Made by a program: the position numbers and the translations under genes. DNA of 64,000 nt from Schizochytrium sp. TIO01 (lineage: Eukaryota > Protista > Bigyra: Labyrinthulomycetes). The stretch spans positions 682,001 to 746,000 of the forward strand of contig SMSO01000005.1 in NCBI GenBank assembly GCA_004764695.1. The letters run 5' to 3'. Below the pieces are notes generated by a model. It worked only from the letters and a program-made list of their open reading frames with translations. It searched no databases and was not told the origin of the DNA. Of the stretch, positions 40,277-47,401 are shown piece after piece; positions within the stretch are counted from its first letter, which is position 1, and every line of letters begins with the position of its first letter.

Positions 40277-40660
40277 AACTGATTCAGACACATGTCTAGC
40301 TTCATCTGAGCATGATCTTTTATTGCATTACATGGGTAGCAAATTGTTCGGGTATAATGTCCACACATTCCTCATGGCTGTAATCCGCATGGTTGATTCG
40401 AGAGTTATCTTTTGTGTATGGATCGCCCGCGTGCATGTATGGCTACGTGCGTCATCTTTGAAGGTAAAAGAAAGAAAATGCATATTTTGTTTTAAGTTGT
40501 TTCTTCTTGCATACATTACCTCCTCTCACCAAAAGACGAATTCTAAAACTTTCAATGATTTGGCCAAGCATGGCTTGGAAGCATTGTGATCTACTTTACT
40601 TGGCAATCAAATGTTCGCTTCATAATCAAAATCTTTACTTTCTCAAACTGTACAAGCCCA

Positions 40661-41185
40661 CTATTTTCTCTCCTTTCGGATTTTAAGCACTCCACCATGG
40701 AAATTGCCATCCTTCCAGTGGTGTATATCATCGAATCGCCGCTTTTCCTTCGATGCAGTTTGCCTGCGCTTCTTGCGTTCGTGGCCAGTCAGCACACCTG
40801 AGCTCTTGATTTCCTTCTGTCGCTTCTCTTCACGCTGAGCGAGCGTTTTGTTACGCGAGAACATAATTTTCAGGGGCACCTTTGCCTGCTTTTCAGCTTT
40901 GCACCCAAGCCGAGCAAGCTTTGCAGCCTGATACGCCTTTTTGTCATTCTTGCTCATTCCACTTGCGCCAAGCTCCATCACTTCATCAAAAGTTGCCTCT
41001 CGCTCAAGTCGGGCCTTTTTCTGGGCCAGCTTCTCTTCACGCGGATCTTTGGCTTCTTTATTGGCTTCCGCGTCTTCCCGTCGTTGTCTTTTACGAGTAT
41101 TGGCCTCTTCTCGAAGCACGCGAGGAGCGGAGGGTTCGTCAAAGACCACAGTCTCTACGCGAGCACGAGACCTTGGCTTGCTCAT
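40661..41185 (-). CDS. Faf1/DUF4602 (C1orf131)-like SSU processome assembly factor
   Basis: Basic 174-aa protein from ATG 41185; LGCKAEKQAKVPLKI...REEK...GVL...GNFHGGVLKI matches the Faf1/DUF4602 C-terminal pattern as I recall it. Confidence 0.65.
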   Translation of the reverse strand: MSKPRSRARVETVVFDEPSAPRVLREEANTRKRQRREDAEANKEAKDPREEKLAQKKARLEREATFDEVMELGASGMSKNDKKAYQAAKLARLGCKAEKQAKVPLKIMFSRNKTLAQREEKRQKEIKSSGVLTGHERKKRRQTASKEKRRFDDIHHWKDGNFHGGVLKIRKERK

Positions 41186-42508
41186 CTTTCGTTGTTCCTG
41201 GTTCAAATGGACTTCGAGCCTTGAACACTTGGTGGACAGATTCTTCTGCCTCTCTCTGAATCTACCTGAAAATTAGATATGTGCTGCAGCCGCTGGCTGC
41301 ACAAGGTAGGTAAGTTCGCGGCTTAACTTAAAGACTGGTAACAACCCTCGCGCCCAAGTTCTTCGAAGTACTTGGCTTTAACTTGACTACTGTAGTTCTT
41401 CTTTCAATCGAAGAGGCCTCTCCACCACTCGCCCAGTATATTACAACTAATTCTTTATTTCTTATATAAATATATATATATATAGAGAGAGAGGCACATA
41501 TGAGCATATATATCACAAATTTTAAATTTAAATTATGATGATAAAACAATACGAATAACAATAATAATAACTTTTATTATTATAAAACTACTGTACCATT
41601 GATATAATTTTATAGCCCTTCTCAACCAGCTATACTCAACCAGACTCAAGCAAACATAGAACCAAACTTTTCAAACATTCCCATTTAATATCCATTGCAA
41701 ACGATTCGCTTGCTTCCAGGCGAAAATTATTGCAATAAGCAAGAGAAGTGTAAAAAGCACTATACTAACATGATGCTCGCAAAAGCACAGAAGAGCGTAG
41801 CCTAGGATACTTCCCAATACCTAGCCTATTATTTTAAAAAAAATAAACGCCAGCCAGCAAAATATAGCGATTTTTAAACCATGTGCAGAACCAACTATCC
41901 CGAAATATGTGTCACTTGTACGATTTAAATGGTTCTAAATTTAAATAAACATATGCCAAGTCCAACAATTTGAGTTGGGTATCCATTCATAAGAGAGTGC
42001 AGCTTTGGTAGCCTAAATAGCACTCTACCAGAGATGCCGTGGGGGATAGTCGTGTGTAATATTTGGAAAATTTCAAACACGACCAAGCTGAAAAAGATGC
42101 GATTCTGCAATGATCATAAAACATATATAAATATATAGGTTTATTTTAAAAAAATACAATGCTAGCGACATGTGACCCAGCAGATCAAGACAGAACATCA
42201 CAAATTCAACACCGATACCTTTCATCAATTATTACTATCAAGAGTGTAGCAAGAGAAGAACAATATTTTGTTTCGAATCTTTAGTTGTAGTGTATTAGGT
42301 AAGATGGTTTTCATCCCCAGTGTGGTAGTCGCATTTATAGGCTTGTACTCGTATATAAGTCAAAATCCTATAGTGTCCAGACTTTGGGGTACATGTGATA
42401 CATACTTCAAAACTATTCAAGTGTTACCCAATTTGTAATCGTTCGCCTCAGAGGCAAACTCCAAGGAGGTCTTCAACTAAAAATAAAATTTAATTTTAGA
42501 AGCAATAA

Positions 42509-43219
42509 TTACACAAAGTAGTTCGGGAACCACTGAGTAGTGACGAGCCGACGGAGAAGCGGGTAGGTATGAGACCAACTATCGTAATTAACAATCGTGG
42601 TATCCACAAGATCATCAAGCTTGCAAAACTCAGTCTCTACAACAGCTTGCTTGAGACGCATCTGTAATTGCTCTTCAGTTTCTGACGCCCGCCCACGCAA
42701 GCGAGACTCTAACTCCTCTAAAGAAGGTGGGATAATGCCTGCACATTTCGCATTTACTGGAGATGACTTTATACTCCGGACTCCTTGCATGTCAACATCT
42801 AAAAGAACAATTTTGCCTTCATCATGAACTGCTTGTAGTGTTTTAAAACTTGTCCCATACATATTACCATGAATTGAGACATGTTCGACAAAATCCCCTC
42901 TTTCAATTCCTTGTAGCATAGCCTCCTTGGTAGTGAAATGATAATCTACGCCATCAACTTCACCATTGCGAAGAGATCGGGTTGTATGGCTCACAGAAAA
43001 CCCAAACTTGTTCGGAAACTCTTCCAATAAAAGACGAGAGAGGGTTGACTTGCCAGCGCCGGAAGGACCACAGAGTAAAAGCACATCCGGAGTGCTACCT
43101 GTATCACTACTCATTCTCTTGAGCTGAGCGCAGCGAAACTTGTGACCTGTTCTTGCCATTTGACTTGTTGCATCTCGAACATAGCCTGTCTTTGAAACTA
43201 CTCTTAACAATGCCACCAT
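42509..43219 (-). CDS. GUK1: Guanylate kinase with probable mitochondrial presequence
   Basis: P-loop GPSGAGKSTL, FSVSHTTR..RNGEVDGVDYHF, HGNMYGTS, LLDVDMQG, PPSLEELESRLRGR; Arg/Ser-rich N-terminal extension. Confidence 0.96.
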   Translation of the reverse strand: MVALLRVVSKTGYVRDATSQMARTGHKFRCAQLKRMSSDTGSTPDVLLLCGPSGAGKSTLSRLLLEEFPNKFGFSVSHTTRSLRNGEVDGVDYHFTTKEAMLQGIERGDFVEHVSIHGNMYGTSFKTLQAVHDEGKIVLLDVDMQGVRSIKSSPVNAKCAGIIPPSLEELESRLRGRASETEEQLQMRLKQAVVETEFCKLDDLVDTTIVNYDSWSHTYPLLRRLVTTQWFPNYFV

Positions 43220-43946
43220 CTCCGTCTTTACCTTCTATCCTGTCTCTTCTCCTAGTTTATGATAGCTTAAGCACTTGGGTGTCTTCCTCAAGAAAGCCCG
43301 GCGTGAGCTCTTGTGATATCCTGTCGTTCGGTTGCTTAAGAAGGCCAAACCTCCTTTACCTTCAGGAATGGAGAACATGAAAAACCAGCAATTGATATGT
43401 CACTATCATTGTCATTTGTAACTCTTAATAGCTATTGTTAGTGCATATAAACCCTTCATTTCATACTATGGAGTAATAATTCCTTGGACTTGTGTTCATA
43501 CATACCACTAATAGTACCTAGGCAGGATACATACCGACATACTTATATACATAATTTAAATGATTTATAAGGGTGTTGCTTTTGAGAGTGTCGCTTCTAT
43601 ACACTTGAAGAACTGAGAATAGAGCTTTAGTTTTCATAGTCCTGAACCATATACCCTATATTTTGCAAAACACTGTCTCGCAAAACACTGTCAAGTACTT
43701 AGGGTTAGGTGTGTAACACACGATCTACATCGGTTCGTCTGACAGAACTATTTGCTGCAACAACTCCTCTTCGACTCCAGCTTATGAGACTGTTTCCTTT
43801 CCTTTCTCGCTCATCGATAATTTTCTCAGCTGCACGGCTCTCTTCAAATCTACATATGTAAAAGCCTACAAACCCGGTTCAACCTTCTCCTCTTTGCCCA
43901 TGGTCCTGGATCCGATTCCAAGCTCAGTAATCAGGGAACGTAGACA

Positions 43947-44045
43947 CTTAGAGATTAACCTATAAAATTTGCAAAACTTGCATTTCCTATGGTGAAAAAG
44001 TGGGCTACCTCCCAATCGCGGGTTAAAAACTAACCGGCGACTCAA
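43947..44045 (-). ncRNA. Putative omegaRNA scaffold (3' part) of the deleted copy
   Basis: Hairpins UCGCCGGUUAG/UUAACCCGCGA, UGGG/CCCA and UGCAA/UUGCA, homologous to those of the full copy. The 5' boundary is unknown. Confidence 0.55.
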
Positions 44046-44610
44046 AGACAATTCTTAAATGACGCCATTGGATAGGCATCGTAAAAGGATGTCTTTGGCT
44101 GCGTGGATATCACGATCGGCTACGTGTTTGCATTTCTGGGGGTATTTGAAAACCGCGGATGCTCCGAGCTTGTCATGGATCGTAGGTACCACCACCCACA
44201 TTCAGTGCATTGTTTTGAGTTGCAGTCCTCTCTGCAAATAACCAATTTGCACCACTGGTAGGGGAAAAGCTCGGCTTTGTGAATGAGCGAGCTAGAGGTC
44301 ACCAAATTGGTGTTGGGGACCCTCGTTTTGATTCGCGGAGGACACCCTGGGGTAGATAATGGCATAGTCAGTGCTGCGTTGCTGTGTCCGCTGGAGCAAA
44401 CCGCAGTTATAGGTGCCCTCAACGTCATCAGCTGCGAATATACGATTGCCTCGAAAGGGCTTGCTGAGACGCCAAGCTTCTGGTGGAGGTACTTTGCTGG
44501 CTTGTCTTGTAGGTTTGCTTCACTTGTAGTGTTTGGAGCTTGGTGGTTCTTCGGCCATTCCATTTTCTTACCTAACCTCCACTAATTAACAATCACATAA
44601 ACAATGATAA
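43947..44610 (-). mobile_element. Non-autonomous, internally deleted IS607/Fanzor2-family element (diverged relative of the 44967-47113 element)
   Basis: Shares the left end (exact ccattttcttacctaacctccac), TnpA N-terminal remnants (KPAKYLHQKLGVSAS; IIYPRVSSANQ), a Fanzor C-terminal remnant (HKAELFP..WCKLVICRED..SKQCTECG) and the right end (aaaatttgcaaaacttgcatttc) with the full copy. About 1.46 kb is missing at ~44291. Confidence 0.88.
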
Positions 44611-44966
44611 ACTATTTCATTTTTATACAGAATAGTCAATACTATTCGGAGGTCATCAAAGTTCTCACGTTTTCATAAGTACAGTAAAGTACAGTGGAAG
44701 AAACTTCATATTGATAGAAGTCTTTGAGTTTAGCAGTTTGTGCGACGAACATATAAAGCCCAGAATCTGAAAATACTACCCAGGTAGGTACTACTAGTAG
44801 TTAGTATTTATGTTTACCTACCTAACCTACCTACTACCTACCTATACAGCTTGCACTATCTCCTAGGTAGTCCTAGTATTAGTAGTATTCATGTTTTCAT
44901 TTTGAGAGATAGATCATCATAAGGACGAAATGTGAGCGCTACCTAATCCGTTAAGAGCCCAATTCT

Positions 44967-45060
44967 CTTAGATTTTAAACTACAAAATTTGCAAAACTTG
45001 CATTTCATAGAAGGAGCTAAGACTCCATCACGAGCTAGTTAGACTAACCCGCGACTCAAT
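44967..45060 (-). ncRNA. Putative Fanzor omegaRNA scaffold (3' part), overlapping the Fanzor stop codon; guide would continue into the flank below 44967
   Basis: 11-bp hairpin UCGCGGGUUAG/CUAGCUCGUGA with G-U pairs on the minus strand, GGAGU/GCUCC hairpin and UGCAA/UUGCA hairpin. Position at the right end matches the known TnpB/Fanzor layout. Confidence 0.65.
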
Positions 45061-47066
45061 GAAATGATTTTTTAAAATCATGTCCTTGGATAGGTAGCGT
45101 AAAAGGATGCCTCTGGCGGCATGGACATCACGGTCTGCTACATGGTTGCACTTGGGATTAGGGCATTGGAAAACCTTGGATGCGCCGAGTTTATGGTGGA
45201 GGGTACCGCACTCATTGCATGTTTTTGAAGTGTAACTCTCTTGGCAAAGAAAACAAGCTTGCACCACGGGAACATCTCAGCCTTGTGAACGAGAGCCTGG
45301 CGGAACCCAAAATGGCACCAACGACACATCATTCGAACAGACTTCTTGGATATCCGTCGCTCCATCTTCCTACTCATCTTAGAGGTTTCGAATTTAGGCA
45401 AGAGAATAACACGATAGTTTTCACAAAGCCAAAGTGCAAGCTTGCGATGAATCTCAGTGGTCTTGTTCTTGATCTTGAGTTGGGCGCGATAGAATGCGCG
45501 CTTCAAGGGGGTGTTGAAATTGTCTTTATCACTGGATGCAGTTTTCTTATTATTTTCTTGAGCTTTATCAATCCTGCTCTGGATCTTATCAACGCGGCGA
45601 CAGAGATAGAATATGGTTCTAAAATCTTTCCCTGTGCCCCATTCAATGGCGCGGCCATCAGCGTCATACATCGTCTGAAACGAGCGAACACCTGGATCTA
45701 GAGCAATGACACCATGGTACGCCTTGGGTGCCTGGTCCATTGGACGCTTTTTTTCTTCTCGTAAGAAGCAGAAGTAGACATGCCCAAGGCGATTCATTTG
45801 CACACGCATGGCGTTCGAAATCTGGTCGGGGAACTTTTCTTTACGTGTTCGGAATTTTTTTAGAAAGTCGGAGGTCTTTGATTTCTTCAAATTCCAGGTA
45901 CGTGCATTCACTTCGAAAATCTGTGATTCATCACGCTTGGTCCGAAACTTATAAAAAGATTGCTCATGAACTTTCTTTTGTACAGCGAGTTCTTCGTTTT
46001 TGGCTCGTCCCGAGTTAATAGCCTTGAAGAAATCCAGAATCCCGGAATCACGGATAGCCTGTGGGACCTCGAGAACCCATTCAGGAGCACCATTCCTTTC
46101 TTTAGATCGAACGGCTTTCTTTTCTCCATAGAGGGCACCATACGTTTGGGGATTCCCATCTTCATCTACTAAAACCTGCTTCGTCTTGGAATCCTTTTTG
46201 ATGCACGCTTCTTGATGCAATTTGATGGCTTCTTCCTCGCCCTTCGCCACGTCTCGATGAAACGCAACGCCAGTATTGTAGGCTCTTCTGGTGACACCGA
46301 ACCATTTAAGCAATTGTGTACGCTGATCTTTAGTAGGGTATACCCTAACCTTTCTGGCACGGACAAGGTCATATTCTTTCTTGGTGGTCTTGCGCGCCTT
46401 CGTGCGAGTTCGCTTCTTCCTCGCTGCGTCGTCGCCGTCTATTTTGCGCTGCTCGTTTTCCGTGATGCGATGCCACAAAGACAGTGATAATTCCGAGGAG
46501 GTCTTTGGTGAAGGTGTCTGAGTCTCCGGCATGTGCATCTTGGCCGTGTACCACGAGTTTGACATTTTTTCTTTCGAAAAGGTGTTCCAGGAGGTCGACT
46601 GCGATTCGCGCAAGTCGGTCGCGGTGCATAACCACAACTTGGCCGATTCCTCCGCGGTCGCAGGCGTCCAGTAGGGAGCACAGGCCTTGGCGTTTGAAAT
46701 TGACCCCACTACCGATGTCTTTGTAGACGGCGGAAGCATCTGGGTAGGCGCGCTGGAGATCGCCAATCTGGCGTTCGAGGTCCTCCTTTTGCTTGGCCGA
46801 GGACACTCTGGCGTAGATAACGGTACATCCAGAGTTGCGTTGCTCGCGGCCGGCGGAACCGCGATCAAAGATGCGCTCAACATCGTCGCTGGCGTAGATG
46901 CGCTTTCCTCCGGGGAAGCGCGCGCAGCGCACGCGTCCGCCATCGGCCCAGCCCCGAAGGGCGCTTGCTGAGACCCCAAACTTCCGGTGAAAGAACTTTG
47001 CTGGTTTGTATTCGAGGTTTGCTCCACTTGCAGTGTTTGGAGCTTGACGGTTCCTCGGCTCCCCAT
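45028..47066 (-). CDS. tnpB: Fanzor2 / IS607 TnpB-type RNA-guided endonuclease, frameshifted at ~45250 as assembled (642-aa ORF 45138-47066 plus C-terminal frame ending 45028)
   Basis: RARKVRVYPTKDQRTQLLKWFGVTRRAYN (OrfB HTH) and RuvC-I VIALDPGVRSF. RuvC-II region NYRVILLPKFE lacks the canonical Glu. The shifted frame supplies LCQESYTSKTCNECG...FQCPNPKC (alternative Glu and Zn finger) and RuvC-III ADRDVHAARGIL. The N-terminal KLWLC.TD...SNSWY segment resembles Fanzor2. Confidence 0.92.
46369..47066 (-). CDS. tnpA: IS607 TnpA serine recombinase (MerR-like HTH + catalytic domain), nested in an alternative frame of the Fanzor ORF; ATG 47066 is one base out of frame as assembled
   Basis: The frame is open upstream of the tracked GTG at 46932: YKPAKFFHRKFGVSASALRGWADGGRVRCARFPGGKRIY (HTH), then VIYARVSSAKQKEDLERQ, KDIGSGVNFKRQGL, VVVMHRDRLAR, DLLGIITVFVASHHGKR. 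Confidence 0.92.
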
Positions 47067-47401
47067 TTTCTTACCTAACCTCCACTTCTTATCAATAACC
47101 TAAATAAACATAATATATGCAATCATATCGAAATATAAGTTATCGAACTTTTAACGGTTTTGTTATGCTGATTACATATTAATATTAAATACAAATGACA
47201 GAATGCATGGGCTTTTCTAGCATGCGAACAGCAAGACCCAGAAATAACATAACATTTACTACAGTGTTTGAAGAAAGGCCCGGTAATCAATTGATCTTCA
47301 CTCGTCGGAGGGATTTCAGACACGCAGCGGGTTGCCGCCGCCCTGTTGGCACGGGGTTGCGCATGCCTACAGCAAGCGTTTACAAATAAAGCCACTTTAC
47401 C

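Larger units (their letters stand above)
44967..47113 (-). mobile_element. IS607-family transposon with TnpA serine recombinase and Fanzor2 (TnpB-derived) nuclease; ends approximate, taken from homology to the adjacent copy
   Basis: TnpA and TnpB/Fanzor ORFs. Homology to the neighbour stops at cttag (44967) on the right and fades near 47113 on the left. No terminal inverted repeats seen, as expected for IS607. Confidence 0.92.

Noticed and set aside
43665-43692. Direct repeat gcaaaacactgtc x2, sharing tttgcaaaac with the element right end
   Set aside because: Too short; no further homology to the element.
44120-44563. 147-aa ORF as a functional gene
   Set aside because: It is a chance fusion of TnpA-frame, Fanzor-frame and out-of-frame remnants across deletions in the non-autonomous copy.
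44952-44970. Inverted repeat taagag...ctctta across the scaffold/guide junction
   Set aside because: Only 6 bp and not present in the second copy; cannot be separated from chance.
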